Of a stretch of DNA of 32,000 bases, positions 18,607 to 31,794 are shown in pieces; position 1 is the first letter of the stretch, and the number at the start of each line of letters is the position of its first letter. Below the pieces are notes generated by a model. That model was not told the origin of the DNA, ran no database searches, and worked only from the letters and a program-made list of their open reading frames with translations. The stretch is from Raphidiopsis brookii D9 (GTDB lineage: Bacteria > Cyanobacteriota > Cyanobacteriia > Cyanobacteriales > Nostocaceae), in contig ACYB01000046.1 of assembly GCA_000175855.1 (NCBI GenBank), positions 207,573 through 239,572 on the forward strand, given 5' to 3'. The position numbers and the translations under genes are program-made.

Positions 18607-21006
18607 ATGCAACTTGCACAAAAAAATGAATTGACAGAAGAAGGCGCTGCAACAACTAGAAAAGTCATACTCGATGTTAGCGGTATGAAGTGTGCCGGCT
18701 GTGTAAAAGCGGTAGAAAGACAGTTAACCCAGCACCCGGGGGTAAAAAGCGCCTGTGTGAATCTAGCTACGGAAATTGCTGTGGTAGAAATGGAAGATGG
18801 TGTTGAGGGGAATACGCTGGCACAGTTGTTAACAGCCAAAGGTTTCCCATCAGAAATGCGAAACACTCAGGGGTCTAGCAGGGTTGGAAAGCAAGACCAA
18901 GAAATGAGATCTGCTTTTGTGCAGTTAATAGTTGCTTTTGGACTGTTGTTGTTTTCAGGACTGGGACACTTTGGCAGTCATATATTTCCCATTTTGAGTA
19001 GCATCGGGTTAAATAACATTTGGTTTCATTGTGGATTGGCAACTCTTGCACTCCTGTTTCCTGGTCGTCCAATCATTATAGATGGTTGGTTGGGTTGGCG
19101 ACGAGGATCCCCAAATATGAATACCTTAATCGCTTTAGGAACTTTAACTGCTTATATTACCAGTTTAGTTGCACTTTTATTTCCCCAGATGGGTTGGGAC
19201 TGTTTCTTTGATGAACCAGTAATGATGTTGGGTTTTATCCTCTTGGGTAAAACCTTGGAGAAACAAGCTAAAGGGCGCGCTGCATCAGCATTTCATCAAT
19301 TGTTAGCCCTAAGACCACAAATTGCTAGACTAATTGTCAACCCTGATGAACAGAAGTTAGCAGTTAATTCTAACATTAATATTATTGAAATGCCAGCTGA
19401 ACAGGTACGGGTGGGGGAGTGGTTACAAGTACTACCAGGGGATAAAATTCCCGTCGATGGCCAGGTGCAGTTTGGACAAACTACCGTTGATGAATCAATG
19501 TTGACTGGGGAAGCTGTTCCCGTAATTAAACAACCAGGAGATTCTGTTGCAGCAGGAACTATTAATCAGTCAGGAACTGTCTCAATTGTGGCTAGAAAAA
19601 CTGGTGAAGATACTACCTTGGCTCAGATTGTGGCTCTGGTAGAAACTGCCCAAGCTCGTAAAGCTCCAGTGCAAAAATTGGCTGATACCATTGCTGGCTA
19701 TTTTACTTATGCGGTTTTAACAGCTTCTTTTCTAACTTGGGCATTCTGGTATTTTTTAGGGACTCATGTTTGGCCAGAGGTGTATATTGCTTCTGGAATG
19801 GTCATGGGTAACCATTCTATCCATTCTCCCCTACTCAACGATCAAAATTCGGCACTCCTCATTAGTTTAAAGCTGGCGATCGCAGTTTTGGTAGTAGCTT
19901 GTCCCTGTGCTTTAGGACTAGCCACACCCACAGCCATCTTGGTGGGGACCGGTATAGGTGCAGAATCTGGGTTATTAATTAAGGGTGGGGATGTATTAGA
20001 AAAGGTTCACCATTTAAACACCATCGTATTTGACAAAACTGGTACCCTTACCACAGGTAATCCCACAGTTACGGACTGTCTACCATTAACAGATATAGAC
20101 ACTACCAACTTGATACAATTAGCAGCAGCGGTGGAAAAAGGCACTTGTCATCCCCTAGCGAAAGCCATACAGCAGTCGGGAGAAAAGCTAAATTTACCCA
20201 TCCCCCATGCCATGAATTTTTACACAGAACCGGGTATGGGGGTTTCCGCTATGGTAGAGGGGAAAAGTGTGCTGTTGGGTAACTGGGAATGGTTAAACAG
20301 TCATGGAATTACTATCAGTACAACTGCCCAAGAGCAAGGACAAAAGCTGGCAAAGGAAGGAAAAACAGTCATTGGTGTTGCTGTAGATGACATGTTGGCA
20401 GGTTTAATTGCTGTTAGTGATACCATTAGACCCGATGCCAAATTAACAATAAACCACTTGCAAAGAATGGGCTTACATGTTATAATACTCAGCGGTGATA
20501 GGTCGGAAGTAGCAGTTGTTACTGCTCAACAACTTGGTCTCGAGAATACCAGTGTTATTGCTGGTGTTACTCCAGAGCAAAAAGCTGGACTAATTCGTTC
20601 TCTCCAGCAGGGTAGCTTAAATGTAGGTAGTAATTCCTGTGTGGTAGCTATGGTGGGAGATGGTATTAACGATGCGCCCGCTTTATCCCAAGCGGATGTG
20701 GGAATCGCCTTGGGTTCAGGAACGGACGTGGCTATGGAAAGTGCGGAAATTGTCCTCATGGGTGACAATTTGAGTGATGTGGTAGCATCTATTCAACTTG
20801 CTCGTAAAACTTTCACTAAAATTCGTCAAAACCTATTTTGGGCCTTTGCCTATAACACCATTGCCATTCCATTAGCTGCTGGGGTTCTCTTACCCAGCTT
20901 ACATTTTGTCCTAACTCCCTCTAGTGCTGCTGCTATTATGGCTTTTAGTTCTGTTAGCGTGGTGACTAATTCTCTTTTGTTGAGAAGTGTGAAACCACAA
21001 AATTGA
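18607..21006 (+). CDS. Copper-translocating P1B-type ATPase (CtaA/PacS/CopA family)
   Basis: N-terminal heavy-metal domain GMKCAGCVKAVE, TGE motif (LTGEAVPV), CPCALGLATP, DKTGTLT, MVGDGINDAPAL. Confidence 0.93.
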   Translation: MQLAQKNELTEEGAATTRKVILDVSGMKCAGCVKAVERQLTQHPGVKSACVNLATEIAVVEMEDGVEGNTLAQLLTAKGFPSEMRNTQGSSRVGKQDQEMRSAFVQLIVAFGLLLFSGLGHFGSHIFPILSSIGLNNIWFHCGLATLALLFPGRPIIIDGWLGWRRGSPNMNTLIALGTLTAYITSLVALLFPQMGWDCFFDEPVMMLGFILLGKTLEKQAKGRAASAFHQLLALRPQIARLIVNPDEQKLAVNSNINIIEMPAEQVRVGEWLQVLPGDKIPVDGQVQFGQTTVDESMLTGEAVPVIKQPGDSVAAGTINQSGTVSIVARKTGEDTTLAQIVALVETAQARKAPVQKLADTIAGYFTYAVLTASFLTWAFWYFLGTHVWPEVYIASGMVMGNHSIHSPLLNDQNSALLISLKLAIAVLVVACPCALGLATPTAILVGTGIGAESGLLIKGGDVLEKVHHLNTIVFDKTGTLTTGNPTVTDCLPLTDIDTTNLIQLAAAVEKGTCHPLAKAIQQSGEKLNLPIPHAMNFYTEPGMGVSAMVEGKSVLLGNWEWLNSHGITISTTAQEQGQKLAKEGKTVIGVAVDDMLAGLIAVSDTIRPDAKLTINHLQRMGLHVIILSGDRSEVAVVTAQQLGLENTSVIAGVTPEQKAGLIRSLQQGSLNVGSNSCVVAMVGDGINDAPALSQADVGIALGSGTDVAMESAEIVLMGDNLSDVVASIQLARKTFTKIRQNLFWAFAYNTIAIPLAAGVLLPSLHFVLTPSSAAAIMAFSSVSVVTNSLLLRSVKPQN

Positions 21007-21066
21007 AGAACTAACTAAATAATTAAATCCTTTTTTCTTTTCTTACATAGCATCTACTATTTGTAT

Positions 21067-22539
21067 ATGAAAACCGATGACTCTAACTGGGATGATGATC
21101 TACCACCAGATCCCCAGGAAATATATCAGGATTTAATTTCCACTCTGGAACGAAAAGTGGGATTTGGTCTGTACTTTGTACAATGCATGCCCATTGAAGC
21201 TGATAACTTTGTTCAGCGTATTAGTTGCGATCTAGCGAATAAGAAAATAATCTTACTAAACTTATATGAGCCAATAGAGAAATTCTACGATCATGTGAGA
21301 AACTATGTCCAGGGACAAACTATTGATATCCTCCTAGTTAAAGGTTTAGAATACTCCCTATATAAGTATGAGAAAAGGAATTTTGGTGAAGTTACGGGGG
21401 GACAGTTCACCAACTTAACCAAAGTGCCACCCATACTAAATCATCTGAATCAACAGCGAGAAAGATTCAGAGATGATTTCTCGTTTTGCTTTGTGTTTTT
21501 ACTACGGTCATTTTCTCTAAATTATTTGATTCATCGCGCCCCAGACTTTTTTGATTGGCGATCTGGAGTGTATGAGTTACCAACTACAGCAGAATTGGTG
21601 GACGAAGAATCTCGTCGTTTAATTGTAGAGGGAGACTATAAAAAATATTTAGAGCTTACTCCCCAACAGAAAATCGAAACAATGTTGGAAATTCAAGAAC
21701 TGCTGACAGAAAAATACCAAAATGATATTAACAGAGCTAGATTGCTATTTGAAATGGGGAATCTACTGTATTCCGCTAACGAATACGAAACAGCCATTAC
21801 ATTTTATGAGCAGGAACTGAAACTTCAACCAGATGATCATAGTGCTTGGTGTAATCACGGGCATGCACTGTTTAGCTTAGCTAGGTACGAAACTGCCATT
21901 GTATCCTATCGCCAGTCCCTGAAATTACGACCAGATGACCCGTTTTCCTGGTATGCACTAGGTAATTCCCAGCGTAAGCTACATCGAGATCAAGAAGCAA
22001 TTTTATCTTACAATCAAGCCATAAAAATTAAACCGGATGATCACTATTTCTGGTATAACCGGGGTAATGCACTCAGGAATATAGGGTGTAATGAAGAGGC
22101 AATTCTATCTTATGGTCAAGCCATAAAAATTAAACCGGATGATAGTAATGTGTGGAACAATAGAGGTATTGCCTTAAGAAATTTAGGCAGATATCAAGAG
22201 GCAGTTTTTTGTTATGATCAGGTGCTAAAGTTGCAATACGATGACTACTATGCTTGGTATAATCGGGGAGTTGCACTAAAAAAACTCAAACAAAATGAAG
22301 CAGCTGTTTTATCCTATGATCAGGCATTGAAACTGAAACCGGATGATCACTATACCTGGAATAATCGAGGCAATGCATTAGATGATCTAGGACGCATAGA
22401 AGAAGCAATCTTTTCTTATGATCAAGCTCTGAAAATCAAGCCAGATGATCAATATGCTTTTTATAACAAAGCCTGTTGTTATGCAGTTCAGGGTAGAATT
22501 CAAGAAGCACTAGAAAACTTAGAAAACGCAGTTAAGTAA
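21067..22539 (+). CDS. TPR-repeat protein with a distinct N-terminal domain; C-terminus apparently cut by the adjoining IS element
   Basis: At least seven tandem ~34-aa TPR units (for example EAILSYNQAIKIKPDDHYFWYNRGNALRNIGCN). Stop codon TAA 22537-22539 lies inside the IS terminal repeat that begins near 22535. Confidence 0.85.
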   Translation: MKTDDSNWDDDLPPDPQEIYQDLISTLERKVGFGLYFVQCMPIEADNFVQRISCDLANKKIILLNLYEPIEKFYDHVRNYVQGQTIDILLVKGLEYSLYKYEKRNFGEVTGGQFTNLTKVPPILNHLNQQRERFRDDFSFCFVFLLRSFSLNYLIHRAPDFFDWRSGVYELPTTAELVDEESRRLIVEGDYKKYLELTPQQKIETMLEIQELLTEKYQNDINRARLLFEMGNLLYSANEYETAITFYEQELKLQPDDHSAWCNHGHALFSLARYETAIVSYRQSLKLRPDDPFSWYALGNSQRKLHRDQEAILSYNQAIKIKPDDHYFWYNRGNALRNIGCNEEAILSYGQAIKIKPDDSNVWNNRGIALRNLGRYQEAVFCYDQVLKLQYDDYYAWYNRGVALKKLKQNEAAVLSYDQALKLKPDDHYTWNNRGNALDDLGRIEEAIFSYDQALKIKPDDQYAFYNKACCYAVQGRIQEALENLENAVK

Positions 22540-23697
22540 GTCGGCTGGGAAATTTATAGCTATGTAACGAAAGGTTAAGAAAGGCAAGAGTTGTTAAATT
22601 TAATACGTTCTGTACTATGCTTATTTCTTTTTCCCCTAGCGTTTACTCCATCCATTACGGCATAAGCAAGCTCTAACTCATCTTCAAACATTTTTCCCGA
22701 TATCTCATCTTTTTTAAGGTGTTTCCACTCTAATTCAATTGGATTCATCTCAGAGCAATATTTGGGCAGAAAGAAAATGTATAAATTCTGACTCTCCCAT
22801 TTTGACCATAACTTTCTCACTTCTTTGCATTGATGTATTGGACCATTATCCTGTACTATTACTCTTATACGTCCCAGTTTTTCTGCTTCTTCGGCTTCAT
22901 GCTCCATCATTTCAATATAAGATTTGCGATTCACCCCCCCAATTACTAAACCGTAAACAAAACTAATTAAGGGTTGAAGAAGACCAATAATACTTAGTCT
23001 TCGACCACGGCGTTTTGTTTGCTCTAAGTTTTTTTGCTCCCCTCTTTGGTAATATGTATAACTCGGTTCACTCCACATACAAAAACCTGATTCATCTAAA
23101 TATTTCAAGTCTATTTCTCCCCCAGCAGCGGATAATTCCAACATATCTAGGTCTGCTTGCTTGATTTGTTTACTTTCTGGGTCTTGTTTTCCTTTGTGGC
23201 TTTTTCTGGTTCTTTTCCAAATGATCCCCTTTTTTTTAGTACCCGTCTTAACCTATCGGGACTTAGTTTAACCGAGCGTTCCGTCTCTAACTTTTGAGCT
23301 AATTGAACACTGTTGTATGTACGTGGTTCTTTTTTCAGGCATTCCTCCAGAAATTCTATGTCTGAATCCCTGTATTTCGGTTTTCCTCCTCGACCAGATT
23401 TTTCCCACAGTCCTTCTAGACCAAACTTTTCCCATTTATGTAAAACCTCTCTAACTGTTTGTGAAGTCCAGTTAAAATGAGCTGCTATTTTTTCCACGTA
23501 CCATCCATGTGCATTTAACCTAATCACTTCTGCTCGGTCTTTGACTTTCTGTGGTACATCCGCACTTCTTAGATTAAACAGCGTTTTATCTTCCTCACTT
23601 GTCAGAAATACCCTTAAACGAGCTCCCATATCTTATTACCTCGGTATATCCTATTTATTTATCTTCACATAGTTTGGTTTTTTCAGTCCAACTTACT
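22535..23697 (-). mobile_element. IS630-family insertion sequence, ~1163 bp
   Basis: Related inverted ends (left AGTAAGTCGGCTGGGAAA; reverse complement of right AGTAAGTTGGACTGAAAA), flanked by TA on both sides, with DDE transposase of IS630 type. Confidence 0.85.
22575..23629 (-). CDS. IS630-family transposase encoded by two overlapping frames joined by -1 frameshifting
   Basis: N-terminal ORF 23147-23629 (helix-turn-helix, HLNWTSQTVREVLHKW-like segment) and C-terminal ORF 22575-23144 (YLDESGF, IVQDNGPIH, LPKYCSEMNPIE). A -1 shift on A8 (plus strand T8 at 23230-23237) gives ...RLRRVLKKKGIIWKRTRKSHKGKQDPESKQIKQADLDMLELSAAGGEIDLKYLDESGF. Confidence 0.85.
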
Positions 23698-24394
23698 TAA
23701 AGCTCAATTAGAAGCACTTGGTGGTAAAACAGTTGGTGAAGATTATTTACCCCTGGGTAATGTGGAAGTTACTCCTATCATTGCCAAAATTAAACAGGCA
23801 TTACCCAAGGGTGGAGTAATTTATAATACCTTAAATGGGGATAGTAATGTGGCATTTTTTAAACAACTAAAAGGTGCGGGTTTGACCCCAGATAAGTATC
23901 CATCTATGTCCGTGAGTATTGCGGAGGAAGAGGTTAAAGCCATTGGAGTAGAATACTTAAAAGGACATTATGCAGCTTGGAATTACTTCCAAACTGTAGA
24001 TACACCAGCCAACAAAAAGTTTGTAGAGGCTTTCAAGAAAGAATATGGTGCAGATAGGGTACTTAATGATCCTATGGAAGCTGCTTACATTGCCGTCTAT
24101 CTTTGGAAACAGGCGGTAGAAAAAGCTGGAAGTACGGATTTAGCCAAGGTGCGCCAAGCTGCTTATGGTCAGACCATAGATGCACCCGAAGGTAAAGTGA
24201 CCATGAATGGTAACCATCATATATCTAAGGTTGTGCGTATTGGTGAAGTTAGAGATGATGGCTTGTTTAAGATTATTTATGCCACTCCCGCACCGGTAGA
24301 ACCTATTCCTTGGAATCAATATGTCAAAGAGACCAAGGGATTTGCTTGTGATTGGTCAGATCCTGCTAAAGGTGGCAAGTACAAACAAAGCTAG
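23698..24394 (+). pseudogene. urtA: Urea ABC transporter substrate-binding protein, 3' part only
   Basis: Open frame starts directly at the IS boundary: KAQLEALGGKTVGEDYLPLGNVEVTPIIAKIKQALPKGGVIYNTLNGDSNVAFFKQLKGAGL...; ~231 aa fragment, followed by urtB-E. No 5' part is present on the other side of the IS. Confidence 0.9.
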
Positions 24395-24490
24395 TCTAAT
24401 TGTATTTATAGCTTTAGCTATAATGTTTGCAAAAGAAGTAATGATGATGAGTGAGAGCTAGGCACTATGCCTCGTAGCTAATTAAGTTTT

Positions 24491-24517
24491 CATGAGTCAT
24501 TCTAAGAATGACTCATG
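24491..24517 (+). terminator. Strong hairpin between urtA fragment and urtB (attenuator/terminator-like)
   Basis: CATGAGTCATTCTAAGAATGACTCATG is a near-perfect palindrome (12-13 bp arms), followed by AATTTTTTG. Confidence 0.6.
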
Positions 24518-24537
24518 AATTTTTTGAGGATAAATTG

Positions 24538-25692
24538 GTGTTAACAGGATTTTTAGAAGCACTATTTAATGGAATTAGCATTGGGGCGGTACTATTAGTT
24601 GCAGCGCTAGGACTTTCCATTATCTTTGGACTGATGGGTGTGATTAACATGGCCCATGGAGAATTGATGATGCTGGGAGCTTATACTACTTTTGTAGTGC
24701 AGCTTGGTTGTAAACAGTTAGGTGGTATTTGGTTTGATAGTTATATATTCCTGGCTTTAATTATTGCCTTTTTAGTCACTGCTTTAGTAGGTTTAGTCTT
24801 AGAGAGAGGGGTAATCTCCCATCTTTATGGTAGACCCTTAGAAACCCTTTTGGCTACTTGGGGAGTAAGTTTAATTTTTCAGCAGTTTGTCCGCAGTGTA
24901 AATTCAGTGGTAGTGATTGGTATCCTCTCATTTTGCGTACTATTCTTTGGGGGTGTACGAGTTTTAAACTCCCGTCAGCGGTTCCCCCAATTTGGTTACG
25001 GAGTGAAGGGAATCATCTTAGTTTTATCCTTGGGAATTGCCATGAGTTTGGGACGGTTATTTAGTCAACAGTCCTCCATGGTTCAACCTTGGTTTGGGGC
25101 CCAAAATGTTGATGTGACCGCCCCCAGTTGGTTACAATCCGGTGTATCTTTGGCCGGTGTGCAGTTACCCTTTGCTCGCTTGTTTATTATCTGTTTAACC
25201 GCAATTTGCGTAGTAGCAATTTATTTATTCTTACAGCGTTCCCCCTGGGGTTTAAGAATTAGGGCTGTGACGCAAAATCGTAATATGAGTTCTTGCTTAG
25301 GTATACCTACACAAAAAGTTGATGCTCTTACCTTTGCCCTGGGATCCGGATTAGCTGGTATAGCTGGTTGTGCTATTAGTCTACTCGGTTCCGTGGGTCC
25401 GAATACCGGACAGAACTATATCATAGATACCTTCATGGTAGTGGTTGTAGGAGGGGTTGGTAACTTAGTAGGTACGATTGTAGCTGCTTTGGCCATTGGT
25501 ACTGCTAACTTTATTGTGGGATCAGGAACTCTAGCTTTTTTGTCTTCTGGTGTTCAACCCTTGGTGGATTTTTTCAATTTTTTTGCCACTACTAGTATGG
25601 CAAAAGTGATGGTTTTTGCACTGATTATTGTTTTTTTACAGTGGAAACCAGCGGGAATTTTCCCCCAAAAAGGTCGGAATATTGATGTTTAA
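24538..25692 (+). CDS. urtB: Urea ABC transporter permease UrtB
   Basis: LTGFLEALFNGISIGAVLLVAALGLSIIFGLMGVINMAHGELMMLGAYTTFVVQ; GTG start at 24538 after GAGGATAAATT. Confidence 0.93.
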   Translation: MLTGFLEALFNGISIGAVLLVAALGLSIIFGLMGVINMAHGELMMLGAYTTFVVQLGCKQLGGIWFDSYIFLALIIAFLVTALVGLVLERGVISHLYGRPLETLLATWGVSLIFQQFVRSVNSVVVIGILSFCVLFFGGVRVLNSRQRFPQFGYGVKGIILVLSLGIAMSLGRLFSQQSSMVQPWFGAQNVDVTAPSWLQSGVSLAGVQLPFARLFIICLTAICVVAIYLFLQRSPWGLRIRAVTQNRNMSSCLGIPTQKVDALTFALGSGLAGIAGCAISLLGSVGPNTGQNYIIDTFMVVVVGGVGNLVGTIVAALAIGTANFIVGSGTLAFLSSGVQPLVDFFNFFATTSMAKVMVFALIIVFLQWKPAGIFPQKGRNIDV

Positions 25693-26830
25693 CCAAGGTC
25701 AGAAGATGATGAAAGATCAGGCTAAAAAGTCCATTTTGGTGGAAATTGCCGTAGTAATGGCGATCGCATTATTGCTACTTGTAATTATGCCACTTGTTTT
25801 GACAGAATTTCGCCTAAATTTACTCGGGCGATTTTTATCCCTAGCGATTGTGGGTTTGGGGTTAGATTTGATTTGGGGTTACACAGGGTTACTCAGTTTG
25901 GGACATGGCATTTTTTTTGGCTTAGGTGGTTATGCCATAGCCATGTACTTAAAACTGCAAGTTCCCTCCGGTGAATTACCTGATTTTATGGGACTATATG
26001 GGGTAACAGAATTACCTTGGTTTTGGCATCCGTTTTACTCCTTTGGTTTTGCTGTAATCGCGGTAATTTTGATTCCAGGTTTATTAGCAGGAGTTTTGGG
26101 TTATTTAGTCTTCCGGAATCGCATTAAGGGTGTGTATTTTTCCATTCTTACACAAGCAGCGGTGATCATATTTTTTAACTTTTTCAACGGACAACAAAAG
26201 CTATTTAATGGTACCAATGGTTTAACAGCGTTTAAAACCCTGTTGGGTGTAAGTTTGAATGATAGAGGAATGCAACTTGTTTTGTATAGCCTAACAATTG
26301 TATTTTTAATACTTACCTATGGTCTATTTCGTTGGTTAACCAGTGGTAGATTTGGAAGGTTGTTAATGGCCATTCGAGATGATGAAACTCGCGTCAGATT
26401 TTGTGGATATGATCCTACAGAGTATAAAGTTTTGGTATTTGCAGTTTCCGGTGCGATCGCGGGGATAGCAGGAGCATTCTACGCCATTCAAAGTGGTTCG
26501 GTGTCACCGAGAGCAATGGATATTGGATTCTCCATTGAAATGGTAATTTGGGTAGCGGTAGGGGGAAGAGGAACCCTAACTGGTGCGATTTTAGGGACTT
26601 TACTAGTTAACTATGCACGAACCTTTTTAAGTGAACAATTTGCGGAAATCTGGTTATTTTTCCAAGGTGCACTGTTTTTGGTGGTAGTTACAGTTCTCCC
26701 AGATGGAATGATGGGATGGTTAAAAACTCAAACCCTAGGCTTTGTGAATAGGTCAAGCAAAGTTATTACATATCCAAGTTTAGAACAGGATGTAGAAGTA
26801 GAACATGAACGTAAAAATCTTGGAAACTGA
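25685..26830 (+). CDS. urtC: Urea ABC transporter permease UrtC
   Basis: LSLGHGIFFGLGGYAIAMYLKL, VAVGGRGTLTGAILGTLLVNYARTFLSE; overlaps the end of urtB. Confidence 0.92.
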   Translation: MFNQGQKMMKDQAKKSILVEIAVVMAIALLLLVIMPLVLTEFRLNLLGRFLSLAIVGLGLDLIWGYTGLLSLGHGIFFGLGGYAIAMYLKLQVPSGELPDFMGLYGVTELPWFWHPFYSFGFAVIAVILIPGLLAGVLGYLVFRNRIKGVYFSILTQAAVIIFFNFFNGQQKLFNGTNGLTAFKTLLGVSLNDRGMQLVLYSLTIVFLILTYGLFRWLTSGRFGRLLMAIRDDETRVRFCGYDPTEYKVLVFAVSGAIAGIAGAFYAIQSGSVSPRAMDIGFSIEMVIWVAVGGRGTLTGAILGTLLVNYARTFLSEQFAEIWLFFQGALFLVVVTVLPDGMMGWLKTQTLGFVNRSSKVITYPSLEQDVEVEHERKNLGN

Positions 26831-27552
26831 AAATGTAACTGTGAGTTTTGATGGATTTAAGGCCATAAATCGCCTGAATTTCACCATGGAAAAGGGGGAA
26901 TTGCGAGTGGTGATTGGTCCTAATGGTGCGGGTAAAACTACTTTTCTCGATGTAATTACTGGTAAGGTTAAACCAACTCAAGGTAGAGTTTTATTTAAGG
27001 GTAGAAATCTACGTAATTTCAGTGAGCATGAAATTGCTCGTTTAGGAATTGGACGCAAATTCCAAACGCCCAGAATTTACTTAAATCTCACTCCCCGGGA
27101 AAATCTAGAACTCACTAGTAACAGACAGAAAAATTGTTTTTTTTACCCTATTTAGCAGTTCTCATTTTCGCGAACAACAGACTATTAGAGAGTTATTGGG
27201 AACTATTGGGTTAACTTCTAAAGCTGATATTCCTGCTGGGTTACTTTCCCATGGTGAAAAACAAAGATTGGAAATTGGCATGTTAGTTGCCCAATCCCCT
27301 GATTTATTATTGGTGGATGAACCCGTAGCAGGTTTAACAGATGAAGAAACCTACAATATTGGGGAATTATTGTTAACACTTTCTCAAGATCACTCTATTT
27401 TGGTTATTGAACACGATATGGAGTTTGTGAGGCAAATTGCTCGCAAAGTCACCGTATTACATGAAGGTTCCGTATTATGTGAAGGGGATTTCAAACAAGT
27501 GCAAAATGACCCCCGTGTCATTGAAGTATATTTGGGACAGCAACAGGAATAA
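26805..27552 (+). pseudogene. urtD: Urea ABC transporter ATPase UrtD, split by a frameshift
   Basis: First ORF 26805-27155 has Walker A VIGPNGAGKTTFLD; second frame contains ELLGTIGLTSKADIPAGLLSHGEKQRLEIGMLVAQSPDLLLVDEPVAGLTDEETY. Removing one T from T8 at ~27137-27144 fuses them. Confidence 0.88.
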
Positions 27553-27559
27553 AGGATTT

Positions 27560-28258
27560 ATGTTACAAATCTCCAATCTCAATGTTTATTACGGTGAAAG
27601 TTATATTTTGCGCAATGTGGATTTAAAAATTGCGTCAGGAGAAATGGTTTGCATTATTGGACGTAATGGTGTGGGTAAAACTACCTTACTCAAAACCATT
27701 ATAGGATTACTAAATCCTAGAGATGGTCAGATCCACTTTGCTGGTAATATCATTAATAATCAGTCCCCAGATCAACGGGCAAAAATGGGTATTGGTTATG
27801 TCCCCCAAGGTAGGGAAATTATTCCCAGACTCACAGTCAAGGAAAATCTTTTACTGGGTTTGGAAGCTAGGAAAAAAAGACCAAAAAAACTGGAGATCCC
27901 CGACGAGATTTTCAGCTTGTTTCCAGTTCTAGCAACCATGCTTCACCGTCAAGGTGGTGATTTAAGTGGTGGACAACAACAACAATTAGCAATCGGACGC
28001 GCTCTCATGGGAGATCCCCAATTACTGCTCTTAGATGAACCAACGGAGGGTATTCAACCCTCTATAGTGTTGGAAATTGAGTCCGCAGTGCGTCGGATTG
28101 TGGAAACTAGGGGAGTTTCTGTTTTGTTGGTGGAACAGCACTTACATTTTGTTCGTCAAGCTGACTACTACTATGCTATGCAAAAAGGTGGGATTGTAGC
28201 TTCCGGATCTACCAATGAACTGAGCCAGGATGTAATTCAAAGCTTTTTGGCAGTTTAA
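27560..28258 (+). CDS. urtE: Urea ABC transporter ATPase UrtE
   Basis: MLQISNLNVYYGESYILRNVDLKIASGEMVCIIGRNGVGKTTLLKT, LSGGQQQQLAIGRALMGDPQLLLLDEPTEGIQPS. ORF track start at 27437 lies inside urtD; ATG 27560 is preferred. Confidence 0.93.
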   Translation: MLQISNLNVYYGESYILRNVDLKIASGEMVCIIGRNGVGKTTLLKTIIGLLNPRDGQIHFAGNIINNQSPDQRAKMGIGYVPQGREIIPRLTVKENLLLGLEARKKRPKKLEIPDEIFSLFPVLATMLHRQGGDLSGGQQQQLAIGRALMGDPQLLLLDEPTEGIQPSIVLEIESAVRRIVETRGVSVLLVEQHLHFVRQADYYYAMQKGGIVASGSTNELSQDVIQSFLAV

Positions 28259-28279
28259 CAAACTACTGATCACTGCTGC

Positions 28280-31709
<3,430 letters not shown>

Positions 31710-31794
31710 AATCGCCAGGAACTACCGGAATTGACAGTGGAAATCACTTTTAATGGTTGATTTTGAGATATTCTAAAAAATAATGCTCGGGAGA

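Noticed and set aside
19020-19211. Short ORFs overlapping the copper ATPase gene (19020-19211 plus, 18594-18866 minus, 20526-20768 minus)
   Set aside because: Embedded in or antisense to a well-supported long CDS.
21840-22500. Repeated DNA in the TPR gene considered as a tandem repeat or CRISPR-like array
   Set aside because: Period is ~102 nt, in frame, and encodes diverged 34-aa TPR units; there are no identical short repeats with unique spacers.
22739-22966. 75-aa plus-strand ORF within the IS element
   Set aside because: Antisense to the transposase DDE domain; no support as a passenger gene.
24400-24440. Small inverted repeat TATAGCT-TT-AGCTATA downstream of the urtA fragment
   Set aside because: Only 7 bp, AT-rich, no T tract; not distinguishable from chance.
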